64,000 nucleotides of DNA from NCBI GenBank assembly GCA_965237405.1, contig OZ250139.1, positions 2,565,661 through 2,629,660 of the forward strand, written 5' to 3'. Origin of the DNA: Vicinamibacterales bacterium. Lineage in GTDB: Bacteria > Acidobacteriota > Vicinamibacteria > Vicinamibacterales > UBA8438. Shown in pieces: positions 11,901 through 21,407 of this stretch. A model generated the notes under the pieces. It ran no database searches. It saw only the letters and a program-made list of their open reading frames with translations, and was not told the origin of the DNA. The stretch's first letter is position 1; every line of letters begins with the position of its first letter. The translations under genes and the position numbers were made by a program.

Positions 11901-12746
11901 TCGTCGAAGCTCCTCACGCAGTCGTCGATATCGTCGGGCCTTCGCTGCTTGGCGTTTGAGGGCGCTTCGCTGTTTTTCAACCTCGAACACGACGTCGTCG
12001 ACGCGCGTTAGGTTCTGCTGCGCGGCCTGGAGCTTTAGCTCCGCCGAGCGTCGGCGGCTCTTGTACTTCGTCACGCCAGCTGCTTCCTCAAGCAACTGGC
12101 GCCGCTCCAACGGTCGAGCACCGAGAATCTGCCCGATCTTGCCTTGCTCGATGACCGCGTACGCCTTCACGCCGATTCCTGAATCCACTAAGAGATCCTG
12201 GATATCGCGCAATCGACAAACCTGCCCGTCGATGAGATACTCGCTCTCGCCTGATCGGTAGAGTCGTCGCCCCACCTCGACATCACGCGCGATCGCTTGC
12301 ACGTTCTCCAGGTCAGGCCTGAGTTCGTCGGCCGGGTTGGCAACTACGATACTGACCGGGACGGCCAAACCCGAACCAGCATGCCCTTCGACACCACCGC
12401 CGTTACCGCTACCGTTTGCGGCTTCATTTGTATGTCCGTTTCCAACACCTGGTAGGGTCGAGTGCAGACTGGCCAGCACCGCCGTAACCTGCGAGAGCTG
12501 CAGGCGAACCTCTGCCGTCGCGGTCGGCCGCCGGCCGTCGCTCCCGCTGAAGATCACGTCCTCCATCCGATCGCCGCGTAGGCTTCGAACACTTTGCTCG
12601 CCAAGCACCCACGAAATGGCGTCGATGACGTTGCTCTTCCCGCATCCATTGGGACCCACAATGGCTGTGACACCATCATCAAAGGCCAGCCGAGACCGTT
12701 CCGGAAAACTCTTGAACCCAGCTATCTCTATTTGATGTAGCCGCAT
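8925..12746 (-). CDS. smc: Chromosome segregation protein SMC
   Basis: N-terminal Walker A GPNGCGKSN, long coiled-coil, C-terminal signature LSGGEKALTAMSL and Walker B LLDEIDAPLD. I prefer the start at MRLHQIEIAGFKSF (ATG 12746) to the upstream ORF-track start. Confidence 0.95.
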   Translation of the reverse strand: MRLHQIEIAGFKSFPERSRLAFDDGVTAIVGPNGCGKSNVIDAISWVLGEQSVRSLRGDRMEDVIFSGSDGRRPTATAEVRLQLSQVTAVLASLHSTLPGVGNGHTNEAANGSGNGGGVEGHAGSGLAVPVSIVVANPADELRPDLENVQAIARDVEVGRRLYRSGESEYLIDGQVCRLRDIQDLLVDSGIGVKAYAVIEQGKIGQILGARPLERRQLLEEAAGVTKYKSRRRSAELKLQAAQQNLTRVDDVVFEVEKQRSALKRQAAKARRYRRLREELRRWEKVQFARRHTQLAEVIASAIREFETAHQREHDAISGLTALESTHDRLQLELAEMDQKATSDRDTAHAHEIEVGRRQQQSEFDKRQLESLGTAVADGEHELQQLDQRCIPIQAELTDQRAASARCDTARDAALEYLQEVERESTEAQRSIEGLEGDVEASRSEVFAAINAAITLQHVVDNASATGQKIVDELGKLKAEADDLSTEWKKATAERSEVGDSADRMRTELDAIRRAGSDSEAQLASARRTQERLADDVRTHEQFLTAMTARVRSIEELLASREGYSDAARLVLSNSSDDLEHFGAVADHLDMDREHERAVEASLDELLQHIVVRSARDADTGIKLAVSRDAGRCGFVIVDTSTSTAAGPPHPELVPLTALVHVSGAGSAAVHGILSRRWWAPSVQVARAAAQTTREPITTPDGIVFRGPSIVQGEGKVGSQGILATKGEVRELRDRVVAEAEHIKGLTAEFAANGEAVVRAETEFKNLESEQHRLEKVLLELELRLSGFDGELERLQGKQTVVGNEQRRAEEEQTNLDARQCEARQAIAKLETEQRTADERFMASQQHLIEARDSVALHSQRVTEAKTDHAALAERAAALSVDVKRIEDATMDLKQRMASRADENRRAIERREQLVAKIAGSEEQLDRDIVHFDALREDMRMYNDRIAGARQRIDEQVERMRDARESLEVVRAEVGRVDVRRAKGETELVNLKAACQEGLQVALQQVCAEVEQFDLASFVIPDGLGIGETNGPSEDGDDRDDDDVGLTPPVAAASENHVTESTAAAIIAKLHEKIDRLGPVNMMAIDQFDELEERFEFLTTQRQDLLDAIRSTGEAVKRIDITTRERFTAALAAVNLHFQETFETLFGGGRAGLVLLDESDVLESGIDIVAQPPGKRLQSIQLLSGGEKALTAMSLMFAIFKYKPSPFCLLDEIDAPLDDANIVRFVEMLRGMQDRTQFVLVTHNRKTMEIADRLYGVTMEEPGVSKLISVELN

Positions 12747-12944
12747 CGACTCGTACGAAAAAACACCGCCCAAACAGGCGCCTAGATTCAGTGCCTGTGG
12801 AGCGGCTGGGATCGCCCTAGGTTTACTTCGCGGTATCTATTAAGCCGTCCCTCGACGGACTCGTTTGCTGAGACTACGGCCCATCTCCCCACCATAGGGG
12901 CTCCCCTGCGTGGACCGCCCGTAGTGTATCAAGGCACGTTAACG

Positions 12945-14567
12945 TCACGCAACCAACGATTCCCCCTCACGAAGCCGGAGCAGCGCTTCAGCTTCGTCGA
13001 ATAACGTCATCGCGTACTGCGCCTGCGGATCATGCTCGAACAGGTTACGACGAGCGTCATCGATGCTGAACAGTGCCCTATCCACCTCAAGGTGGATCAC
13101 AGCTCGGATAAAATCAAGATCCTCCGCGAACGCCGCCTCGTCAATCGTGAGGCCGCGTGCTCGGACGTGAGACTTAAACGCGTCCAGCAACCGATCGTCA
13201 ACGTCGAACCCGGGCTCCACGATCTCACGCCCTTGACTCGCCACCAAAATCCGCTTGTCTCCAACAGCCGAGAATCGCTCCGCAAAGCTCGCAAACTCCT
13301 GGCGAGCCGCCAGTAATCTACCTAGCCGGCCTGGGTCGAATCCCTCGATCGGGCCAGAAATACGATAGTCGGGATCGATACCACCACCGCTATACACCTC
13401 ACGGCCACTATCCGTGTACTTGCGATCAGACGGGGAATGCGGACGCTGCGTTTGGTCGCGCAATGAGTAGGTGAGATACTCGTCGAACGTCCCATCCCAC
13501 GGACGCTGAATCATTCGACCACTCGGCGTATAGTAACGCGCGGTTGTCAGTGCAAGACCGGCGCCGTGGCTAACTGGAAGAATAGACTGGACGAGCGCCT
13601 TGCCGAACGTCGTCTCGCCCACGATCAACCCTCGGTCGTGATCTTGAATGGCACCGGCCACGATCTCCGATGCACTCGCACTGTTTCGGTTCACCAGCAC
13701 AATTAGCGGTATGTCGATGAACTCACCGTCATCTTTCGCATGGTAGTCCTTGTCCGAGTTTTCAACGCGTCCACGGGTGTACACGATAAGGTCACCACGC
13801 GGCAGGAACTCATTCGAGACCCTAATGGCCTGATCCAGTGGCCCACCTGAATTGCCGCGCAGATCGAGAATAAGCCGCTCCATACCTTGTGACTCAAGGT
13901 CCTCAAGTGTTCTCCTCAGATCGCGTCCCGTTGTCTCGGAAAAATCGCGGAGCACGACGTAGCCGGTGCGATCATCTGCCATGAACGCACCCTGAATGGT
14001 CGCTATCGTAATCTCGTCGCGCTCGACCGTCAGATCGATGAGATCGTCATAGCCAGCGCGTCGAATCGAGATGTCAACCGAGCTACCACGTGGCCCCCGC
14101 AAGAGGCTCACGGCCTCCTCGCTCGTCATGTTCTTCGCATCTCCATCACTGATCTTGGCGATGATGTCTCCGCGTCGTAAACCCTTACGATAGGCTGGAG
14201 ACCCCTCGAAAATGCTCATGACCGTGATGTTGCCATCGATAACGTTGATCGATATTCCGAGACCGTAGTATCGACCCTCTTGCCGTTCGCGGAGCTGCGC
14301 GTAGGAGCGGGGATCCATAAAATTCGAGTGGGGATCCAGAGTTCGAAGCGTCCCTCTAATTGCCTGATAGACGAGAGCCTCGGTTTCCACCTCGTCGACG
14401 TAGTTGGCTTCGATCGCCGCTAGCGCCGTCGCGAAAACATCGTAGTGCTTGGGAAGCTCCTCCTGAGTGGCCAGCACCCGGCCACCTAACAGCCCGCCGA
14501 CGAGCCCGGCCAGGGCAACGAAACCCACCGCGACGGTCAACGATGTCAAACCACGCATGAACCGCAT
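12945..14567 (-). CDS. S41 family C-terminal processing peptidase with PDZ domain
   Basis: PDZ segment GLGISINVIDGNITVMSIFEGSPAYRKGLRRGDII. S41 catalytic block NRNSASASEIVAGAIQDHDRGLIVGETTFGKALVQ. N-terminal membrane anchor. The start is uncertain (ATG 14567 or TTG 14594). Confidence 0.9.
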   Translation of the reverse strand: MRFMRGLTSLTVAVGFVALAGLVGGLLGGRVLATQEELPKHYDVFATALAAIEANYVDEVETEALVYQAIRGTLRTLDPHSNFMDPRSYAQLRERQEGRYYGLGISINVIDGNITVMSIFEGSPAYRKGLRRGDIIAKISDGDAKNMTSEEAVSLLRGPRGSSVDISIRRAGYDDLIDLTVERDEITIATIQGAFMADDRTGYVVLRDFSETTGRDLRRTLEDLESQGMERLILDLRGNSGGPLDQAIRVSNEFLPRGDLIVYTRGRVENSDKDYHAKDDGEFIDIPLIVLVNRNSASASEIVAGAIQDHDRGLIVGETTFGKALVQSILPVSHGAGLALTTARYYTPSGRMIQRPWDGTFDEYLTYSLRDQTQRPHSPSDRKYTDSGREVYSGGGIDPDYRISGPIEGFDPGRLGRLLAARQEFASFAERFSAVGDKRILVASQGREIVEPGFDVDDRLLDAFKSHVRARGLTIDEAAFAEDLDFIRAVIHLEVDRALFSIDDARRNLFEHDPQAQYAMTLFDEAEALLRLREGESLVA

Positions 14568-14626
14568 GCTATCAGATAAGCCTCTGTCTAGCAACGACTT
14601 CGAGGCATTTTATAGATTCGAGCCGC

Positions 14627-14655
14627 TTGACCGACCACCCGCACATTCCTATAAT
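14627..14655 (+). promoter_or_regulatory. Sigma70-type promoter candidate for tatA-tatC
   Basis: TTGACC (14627-14632), a 17-nt spacer, then TATAAT (14650-14655), about 80 nt upstream of the tatA ATG. Confidence 0.55.
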
Positions 14656-14735
14656 GCAGTCAAGTACTTGTGGGTCTCGCCGAGCGTCCTTTCGGTCTTC
14701 GCCGACGGATGATTCGGGAGACAAGGAGCGTTACT

Positions 14736-14996
14736 ATGTTCGGTTCAATCGGTATGCCTGAACTGATGATCATCTTCGTGATCGCACTGATCATCTTCGG
14801 CCCGCGGAAACTACCAGAGCTCGGCCGCTCGATGGGCAAGAGCTTATCGGAGTTCAAGCGTGCCTCGAACGACCTCCGTAACACCTTGGATCAGGAGATT
14901 CGGATCGAGGACAAGGACACCGACCAGTCATCCCAGTCAAAGCGCGCGGAGCAGCCATCGGAACCGGTGTCGGGCGACGCGCACCTGATCCAGTAG
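14736..14996 (+). CDS. tatA: Twin-arginine translocase subunit TatA/E
   Basis: [47 protein letters not shown] lies 7 nt upstream of ATG 14736, so the ORF-track start at 14670 is rejected. Confidence 0.9.
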   Translation: MFGSIGMPELMIIFVIALIIFGPRKLPELGRSMGKSLSEFKRASNDLRNTLDQEIRIEDKDTDQSSQSKRAEQPSEPVSGDAHLIQ

Positions 14997-15058
14997 TATT
15001 CCGCTGCGATCTCAGCGGTGGTGACGCTCCTAAACCCTACCGCCTCAACCTAGGGTAA

Positions 15059-15868
15059 GTGTTCATGGTCTCGTCACCGCTTCCTAATCGCCCACCCGTA
15101 GAACACGACGATCCGGAGATTGAGCAATCGAGTAACGGCGCCAGTGGTCGGATGACGTTTCTGGAGCATCTCGACGAGCTCCGAAGGCGCCTCGTCATTG
15201 TTGCGATCGCGTTGCTTGTCGGGTTTTTGTTGTGCTTTGCGTTCATCCAGCCGATCTTTGATTTCATCATGGTCCCGCTGCACGAGATTCTCCCAGAAGG
15301 GGGCCGTCTCGTGTACACCGAACCGACCGAAGCGTTCTTTCTCTACATTAAGATCGCGGCTCTTGCGGGTCTAATCATCTCGACACCTCTGTTGCTGTCG
15401 CAGGTATGGTTCTTCGTCGCCCCAGGACTCTACGCGAACGAGAAAAAGTTCGCGGTGCCCTTCGTGTTGTTTGCAACGCTGTTCTTCGTCGGTGGGGTGC
15501 TCTTCTCTCACTACATGCTGTTTCCCTGGGCATGGGGATTTTTTGCCAGCTTCACGACCGACTACATGGAGTTCTTCCCCAGGATCGAGCCGGCGTTCTC
15601 ACTCTATGTCAAACTTCTACTGGCATGCGGGTTGGTGTTTCAAATGCCGACGGTCGTTTTCTTTCTTGCACGTGTCGGCGCCGTCACGGCGGGGTTTCTG
15701 GCTCGTAACATCAAATACGCGATTCTCATCATTTTTATTTTTGCAGCGGTGCTAACACCGACAGGCGACCCAGTTACACTTACGCTGATGGCAGCTCCGA
15801 TGATCGCGCTGTACGGCCTCAGTATCGGGATCGCATGGGTCTTCCGGCGTCGTCAGGACCCTGACTAG
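15059..15868 (+). CDS. tatC: Twin-arginine translocase subunit TatC
   Basis: FLEHLDELRRRL motif and six predicted TM helices. The start is uncertain (GTG 15059, ATG 15065 or an internal ATG). Confidence 0.92.
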   Translation: MFMVSSPLPNRPPVEHDDPEIEQSSNGASGRMTFLEHLDELRRRLVIVAIALLVGFLLCFAFIQPIFDFIMVPLHEILPEGGRLVYTEPTEAFFLYIKIAALAGLIISTPLLLSQVWFFVAPGLYANEKKFAVPFVLFATLFFVGGVLFSHYMLFPWAWGFFASFTTDYMEFFPRIEPAFSLYVKLLLACGLVFQMPTVVFFLARVGAVTAGFLARNIKYAILIIFIFAAVLTPTGDPVTLTLMAAPMIALYGLSIGIAWVFRRRQDPD

Positions 15869-15877
15869 CCGACGACG

Positions 15878-15906
15878 GCGCGATTCGCGCTGGTGCGCAG
15901 TTTTTT
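15878..15906 (+). terminator. Possible intrinsic terminator after tatC
   Basis: Short GC stems (GCGCG-att-CGCGC and GCGC-tggt-GCGC) followed by a T6 run at 15901-15906. Confidence 0.4.
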
Positions 15907-16008
15907 CACGAGTCTTGGACTCTTTCGTTGACGTGGACCAGACGCGACAAAAATACCATCCGGCGTAGCTGGTTAGTTGGTTCTTGGCTATTCGAAGTGC
16001 TCGTGAAG

Positions 16009-18099
16009 ATGACGTGGGATTTGATGAGAACGTTCGGCAGTTGGGCGATTATGGTGGTGGTGCTCTACCTCGCGGTAGTGAACCCGGTTTCCGCTCAGTC
16101 CACCGATGACACGGAGCAAATCCGACCCGCCGGTACGACCTTCTTGGGCGACACGGGACTGTGGTTCGTCCCGACCGCCGAGATCCTGCCGAGCGGAACG
16201 TGGTCCGCGAGTGCCCAGCGCGCAAACTTCGACCGACAAGAGGGCATTACCGACATCGCCCACTACCTCGGCACGTTCACCTACGGCGTGAACGCCCGGG
16301 TCGAGTTATTCGGCTCGTTCCGTGCGCTCACCCGGATTGACCGCGACGTCAAGCCGATCTTCACCTCGTCCAGCTTTGGCGGACCGGCCCATCAGTTCCC
16401 TCTTCTGGCTGATCAGTACAGCGGCAGTCAGATTGGCGATCTGTTGTTGGGCGGCAAGGTCAATCTTGCGAGCGAAGCGATGCAGAGCCCGGTCGCATTC
16501 GCGATCCGTGGCTTGGTTAAACTGCCCACCGGTAACGAGAACAATGGGACGAGCACCGGCAAGGCCGATGGGATGTTCGACCTGATCCTGAGCAAGGATC
16601 TCGGGGCGGTAGAGCTCTCTGGATTCGGCGGCTTCGCGGTGCGCGGGGATCCGAGCGGCATCGACTTACCCAACAGCTTTCGCTGGGGCATCGGCGCCGG
16701 CATCCCGGCGCCTAGCGGGCTCACGTTCTTTGGAGAACTAATCGGGGAAGCGTTGACCGACGACGGCCTCTCGGTGACCCGTTCGCTGGTAGCACCGGAT
16801 GGTAGCATCGCAAGGATGATGTCGGATCTGCGCAACCCGATCGACGCCACGCTCGGTCTTCAGTGGAACGCGCCCAGCGGCCTGTATGTGGGCGCCGGAC
16901 TCAATTTCTCGGTGCTTCACTCCGAAAATCAAGCCGCCGGTGATTCGCCAACGGCAGTCGAGCGTCTTGGCTTCCTGGTGCGGATCGGCTTTCACCCCGG
17001 CGTGAAGGTCTATGTTCCTCCGCCGCCGCCACCACCACCGCAGCCGCCCAACAACCGACCACCCACCGTCATGGCGCAGTGTGCCCCGTGTGAAGTCCTG
17101 GTTGGTGAAGAGTCTCGGGTCCGTGCTAACGCGAGCGATCCGGACGGTGACCCACTCGAATACCGATGGAGTGCGCCGGTGGGCACGTTCCAAGACCTCC
17201 AAAATCGGGAGACACAGCGATGGCAGGCGCCGGACGAATCCGGGCGGGTTCCCGTTACCGTGACGGTGAACGATGGCCGGGGTGAAACCACCTCTGACAC
17301 CGTGACGATCACGGTCACGGCGCCACCACCACCACCGACTCGTGAGTACGTGTTCGAGGACGTCCACTTCGATTTCGACCGCTACACCCTGCGGGCCAGC
17401 GCATCTCAAGTGCTGGACGAGGTCGTCGCGGCCATGGAAGAAGACTTGACGCTGCGGATCCAGATCGAGGGCCATACCTGCAACATCGGGACTGCCGAGT
17501 ACAACCTCGCACTGGGTGAGCGCCGGGCCAACGCCGTTCAGGACTACCTTTCCAGCCGTGGAATCAGCACCACTCGGTTTGAGACGATCAGCTACGGTGA
17601 GGAACGTCCGCAGCACGACAACAGCCGCGAGGAGACCCGCCGTTTCAACCGCCGAGCCGCACTTGTCGTACGGCTCATTGATTTGGCGACCGCACCATCA
17701 ACCACTGGTGATGACCACCTTGACCAAATCGAAACGCCAGGACTTCTGGATTCGGCGGCCGTTCTCAGCACTGTGACCACTGCGGTCCGGGTCGGTGTGT
17801 TCTCCAACGTCAGTCAGATGCCCGTGGACACCGAGACCTCCAGAACCCTTCGCGAAATGGTCACTACCACCCTGGCGAGCCTCGATTCGATCCAACTCGT
17901 CTCAACGGATATCGAGGCAACCTTGGCGATCACCGGTGGCATTCAACGGGTCGGCAACATGCTGCGTCTCACAGCGAGCCTCATCGATGTGCGTCAAGGC
18001 TCGGTGGTCCACGCGGTGAAGGTGGACGGTCCCGCCGACCAAGGCCAACGGCTGCAAAGCGAGATCGTGGACGAGCTGCGCAACAGCCTCGTGCAGTAG
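16009..18099 (+). CDS. Multidomain outer-membrane protein: signal peptide, beta-barrel-like region, PKD/Ig-like module, OmpA-C peptidoglycan-binding domain, extra C-terminal domain
   Basis: Signal-like AIMVVVLYLAVVNPVSAQS. Poly-Pro linkers PPPPPPPPQPP and APPPPP flank SDPDGDPLEYRW...VTVTVNDGRGETTSDTVTITV. OmpA-C block FDFDRYTLRASA...NLALGERRANAVQDYL...NRRAALVV. The start is ATG 16009 or 16024. Confidence 0.8.
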   Translation: MTWDLMRTFGSWAIMVVVLYLAVVNPVSAQSTDDTEQIRPAGTTFLGDTGLWFVPTAEILPSGTWSASAQRANFDRQEGITDIAHYLGTFTYGVNARVELFGSFRALTRIDRDVKPIFTSSSFGGPAHQFPLLADQYSGSQIGDLLLGGKVNLASEAMQSPVAFAIRGLVKLPTGNENNGTSTGKADGMFDLILSKDLGAVELSGFGGFAVRGDPSGIDLPNSFRWGIGAGIPAPSGLTFFGELIGEALTDDGLSVTRSLVAPDGSIARMMSDLRNPIDATLGLQWNAPSGLYVGAGLNFSVLHSENQAAGDSPTAVERLGFLVRIGFHPGVKVYVPPPPPPPPQPPNNRPPTVMAQCAPCEVLVGEESRVRANASDPDGDPLEYRWSAPVGTFQDLQNRETQRWQAPDESGRVPVTVTVNDGRGETTSDTVTITVTAPPPPPTREYVFEDVHFDFDRYTLRASASQVLDEVVAAMEEDLTLRIQIEGHTCNIGTAEYNLALGERRANAVQDYLSSRGISTTRFETISYGEERPQHDNSREETRRFNRRAALVVRLIDLATAPSTTGDDHLDQIETPGLLDSAAVLSTVTTAVRVGVFSNVSQMPVDTETSRTLREMVTTTLASLDSIQLVSTDIEATLAITGGIQRVGNMLRLTASLIDVRQGSVVHAVKVDGPADQGQRLQSEIVDELRNSLVQ

Positions 18100-18143
18100 A
18101 AGGCCGATAGACACTCGATAATCGCCGCCCATTATACGGCGCC

Positions 18144-18192
18144 GTGCTGTGGGTCTAGATGCCTGAACCCACAGCACCTTCGTTTCTGTTTT
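18144..18192 (+). terminator. Rho-independent terminator of the OmpA-family gene
   Basis: Perfect 11-bp stem GTGCTGTGGGT / ACCCACAGCAC with a 12-nt loop, followed by cTTcgTTTcTgTTTT. Confidence 0.7.
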
Positions 18193-18209
18193 ACCTTCTG
18201 CCTGCTCTC

Positions 18210-19661
18210 CTAATACGCCTTCGCAAAGTAGACGTCGGTCTGGCCGGACCGCCCGCACTCGATGCACTCGCCAGACGGGGCTAGTGGCTCGAGCGTGATG
18301 TTTCGGATGGTGGCTTGGGTCGCGGTCTTGATGACTGCCTCGCACTCGGCACGCCCGCACCATGGTGCAATCACGAACCCGGGTCGTCCCTCGAACAGCT
18401 GATCGAACTCCTGACGGGAGGCGGTCTGTGTCGTGTGGTCATCGGTGAAGCGACGAGCGCGATCGAGCAAGTTACCCTGAATGGTCCGCAGCAGATCGCG
18501 CACACGGTCGGCAAGCCTGTCAAGCGGTGTCGCGAGCTTATCCCGAGTATCTCGACGCACGAGCATGACCTGCGACTTCTCGATGTCCTTGGGACCAATC
18601 TCCAGCCTCAATGGAACACCGCGCATCTCCCACTCGGCATACTTCCAGCCTGGTGAGTGAACATCGCGGTCATCCAGATAGACGCGAACATCCGCCGTCC
18701 TCAGCAGATCCTGGATTTCGCGAGCCCTCGGCAGCACCGTCTGCTTCCAGTTACCCCTTGAGATCGGGACAATCACGACCTGATACGGGGCGACGCGTGG
18801 CGGAAGGATGAGACCGCTGTCATCACCGTGGATCATGACGATGGCGCCTATCAACCGCGTCGTCATTCCCCACGAGGTTTGCCACACGTACTGCGTCGAC
18901 TTGTCGCGAGCTTGAAACGTGATATCGAAGACCTTCGCGAAGTTCTGGCCGAGCATATGAGACGTTCCAGTCTGGAGCGCCCGCCCGTCACCCATCAGGG
19001 CCTCGATCGAGTAGGTGTGCTCGGCGCCCGCGAACTTCTCGCTCTCGGTCTTCCGGCCTTCCATAACCGGCATAGCAAGCTCGTTTTCCGCGAACTCTTT
19101 GTACACCTCAAGCATCCTGAGCGCCTCGGCCTCTGCTTCCTCCTCCGTCTCATGTGCGGTGTGCCCTTCCTGCCACAAGAACTCGGTAGTGCGTAAGAAG
19201 AGCCGTGTCACCTTCTCCCAGCGCACGACGTTGGCCCACTGATTGATGAGCAAAGGGAGGTCGCGCCACGACTGAATCCACTTGGAGTACATCGTGCCGA
19301 TGATGGCCTCCGATGTCGGACGGACGATGAGTCGCTCTTCCAGGTCTTCGTCGCCTCCTCGAGTGACCCAGGCGACCTGAGGCGCGAAGCCCTTGACGTG
19401 GGCGGCCTCCTTACGCAAGAGGCCTTCTGGAATGAGCAGTGGGAAATAGGCGTTAACGTGTCCCGTCGCCTTCAGTCGAGCGTCCAGGCTACTCTGCATC
19501 AACTCCCAGATTGCATAGCCATACGGCCGGATGACCATGCTTCCCTTGACTGGCGAGTAGTCGGCCAGCTCTGCCCGCCGAATAACGTCTGTATACCAGC
19601 GTGAAAAATCCTCTGAGCGGAGGGTAATCTCCGTTACAAATGTGTCCTTCTTCGCCGGCAT
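18210..19661 (-). CDS. proS: Prolyl-tRNA synthetase (short archaeal/eukaryote-like type without the INS editing domain)
   Basis: 483 aa. N-terminal FSRWYTDVIRRAELADYSPVKGSMVIRPYGYAIWE, class II core, and a C-terminal Cys cluster ending YFAKAY. Confidence 0.94.
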   Translation of the reverse strand: MPAKKDTFVTEITLRSEDFSRWYTDVIRRAELADYSPVKGSMVIRPYGYAIWELMQSSLDARLKATGHVNAYFPLLIPEGLLRKEAAHVKGFAPQVAWVTRGGDEDLEERLIVRPTSEAIIGTMYSKWIQSWRDLPLLINQWANVVRWEKVTRLFLRTTEFLWQEGHTAHETEEEAEAEALRMLEVYKEFAENELAMPVMEGRKTESEKFAGAEHTYSIEALMGDGRALQTGTSHMLGQNFAKVFDITFQARDKSTQYVWQTSWGMTTRLIGAIVMIHGDDSGLILPPRVAPYQVVIVPISRGNWKQTVLPRAREIQDLLRTADVRVYLDDRDVHSPGWKYAEWEMRGVPLRLEIGPKDIEKSQVMLVRRDTRDKLATPLDRLADRVRDLLRTIQGNLLDRARRFTDDHTTQTASRQEFDQLFEGRPGFVIAPWCGRAECEAVIKTATQATIRNITLEPLAPSGECIECGRSGQTDVYFAKAY

Positions 19662-19695
19662 CGCTTTTCTTTTCTTCGCGCTACCTCAGGTAAGC

Positions 19696-21231
19696 TCATG
19701 ACGGTGAGTCCGTCACGTGTCGCGACCAGTCTATATCGTTCCGATCCGGATAATCCGATCGGAAGTGGGCTCCACGGCTCTCCGTCCGACGCATTGCGGC
19801 GCGCGCAATCAGTTGAGCTGTAGTCACCATGATGCCGATCCCAGTCAGCTCGCCTTCGCCACGGAGCTGCGTGTCCCATGCGGAAAGCTTCTCGACGGCC
19901 TCAGCGAGGCCCGCGCCGTTACGGAACAACCCCACCGTCCGCCACATTAGATCATGTAGCGAGTGCTCACTGGGACCGTCGACACCGAACCGCGCCAGAT
20001 CGACCGGCTCGGACTCGTAGCGTGACGGCGGCGGAGAGTTAACTCTGGCGCCCCACACCCTCATGGCGCGCCCAGCCCTGGCACCAAAGACGAGTCCCTC
20101 AAGCAGCGAATTACTGGCGAGTCGATTGGCACCATGGACACCGGTACACGCTACCTCGCCGGCAGCGTAGAGCCCCTCCACCGAGGTTTGTCCATCGAGA
20201 TCGGTCTCAACGCCACCCATCGTGTAATGGGCAGCGGGACCGACCGGAATACGGTCACGGGCAAGATCGAGCCCCAACTCGTGACACATGCCGGAGATGT
20301 TCGGGAAGCGCTCGTGCACAAAGTCGGGAGACAGCTCGTTTAGCGACAGATAGACATGTCCACCGGTCTCTTGGATCTCACGAGCGATCCCTCGCGCCAC
20401 CCGATCGCGAGACGCGAGATCGCCGGACGGATCAATAGCATTCATGAACGGATCGCCATGCTCGTTGACCAGCCGCGCACCCTCTCCTCGTAGTGCTTCT
20501 GATAGGAGGAATCGTGGACGGCCATCGACGTCGAGTGCGGTTGGATGGAACTGAATGAACTCCAAGTCCATAACGCGAGCACCAGCACGATAGGCCACAG
20601 CTAGTCCATCACCGGTTGCTACCGACGGATTGGTTGTCTCCCGATACAGTCGGCAAGCGCCTCCCGTCGCCAGCAGCGTCGCCGACGCCATCGCCTGGGA
20701 CAACACGCCATCCCGATTGCGTAATCGAGCTCCGAGGCAGCGATTTCCGTCGGTGCACAACTCCACCACCTGTGCCTGGTCAACGACCGTCAACCGCGAG
20801 TGCCGTCCAACCCGTTTCCATAAGGTTCGACCTATTTCCAGACCGGTCGCATCGCGCACATGCAGTATACGACGCACAGTGTGCGCTCCTTCACGCGCCA
20901 GCGAAAGACTGTGATCGTTGTTCCGATCAAAGCGAATGCCCCATTCAACGAGTTCTTTGACGTACTCGGGGCCCTCTTCGGTTAGCACCCGCACCGCATC
21001 TTCTCTGCACAGCCCATCACCGGCGGCGATCGTGTCGGCTGTATGCAGCGCCGGCGAGTCCCCGGCTCCAACCGCCGCTGCGATACCACCCTGTGCGTAC
21101 GCGGTGCTCCCGTCGTCGGGACCACCCTTAGTCAAGACGAGGACACGACCCACGTCGACGAGTTCGATCGCCGCACGCAATCCGGCAATGCCGCTCCCGA
21201 CGATCAAAAAGTCACATTCGATGATATCCAA
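19696..21231 (-). CDS. nadB: L-aspartate oxidase
   Basis: FAD motif DFLIVGSGIAGLRAA, flavoprotein core HYTMGGV, 511 aa, TTG start. Confidence 0.92.
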   Translation of the reverse strand: MDIIECDFLIVGSGIAGLRAAIELVDVGRVLVLTKGGPDDGSTAYAQGGIAAAVGAGDSPALHTADTIAAGDGLCREDAVRVLTEEGPEYVKELVEWGIRFDRNNDHSLSLAREGAHTVRRILHVRDATGLEIGRTLWKRVGRHSRLTVVDQAQVVELCTDGNRCLGARLRNRDGVLSQAMASATLLATGGACRLYRETTNPSVATGDGLAVAYRAGARVMDLEFIQFHPTALDVDGRPRFLLSEALRGEGARLVNEHGDPFMNAIDPSGDLASRDRVARGIAREIQETGGHVYLSLNELSPDFVHERFPNISGMCHELGLDLARDRIPVGPAAHYTMGGVETDLDGQTSVEGLYAAGEVACTGVHGANRLASNSLLEGLVFGARAGRAMRVWGARVNSPPPSRYESEPVDLARFGVDGPSEHSLHDLMWRTVGLFRNGAGLAEAVEKLSAWDTQLRGEGELTGIGIMVTTAQLIARAAMRRTESRGAHFRSDYPDRNDIDWSRHVTDSPS

Positions 21232-21407
21232 GTGCTTTGTACTTACGGCTCGCGAGTCGAAGGTTTTGCTGTATCCTACCAGCCCGTCTGGTTGTCTGGG
21301 CCAAGATCCATCGGCCGGTCCGTCACAAGGTGAGGATCGGTTCGCATGCGGAGTTCGGGTGGGCCAGCATAACGTAGGCGTAGATTGACCATGTGGATTA
21401 GCCGCCG

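Noticed and set aside
12324-12476. A Gly/Asn/Ala-rich low-complexity insertion of about 50 aa in the SMC head domain, between the AEVRL and RRLYRSGESE blocks.
   Set aside because: Low-complexity, lineage-specific loops in SMC heads are common. There is no motif or structure to attach a function to.
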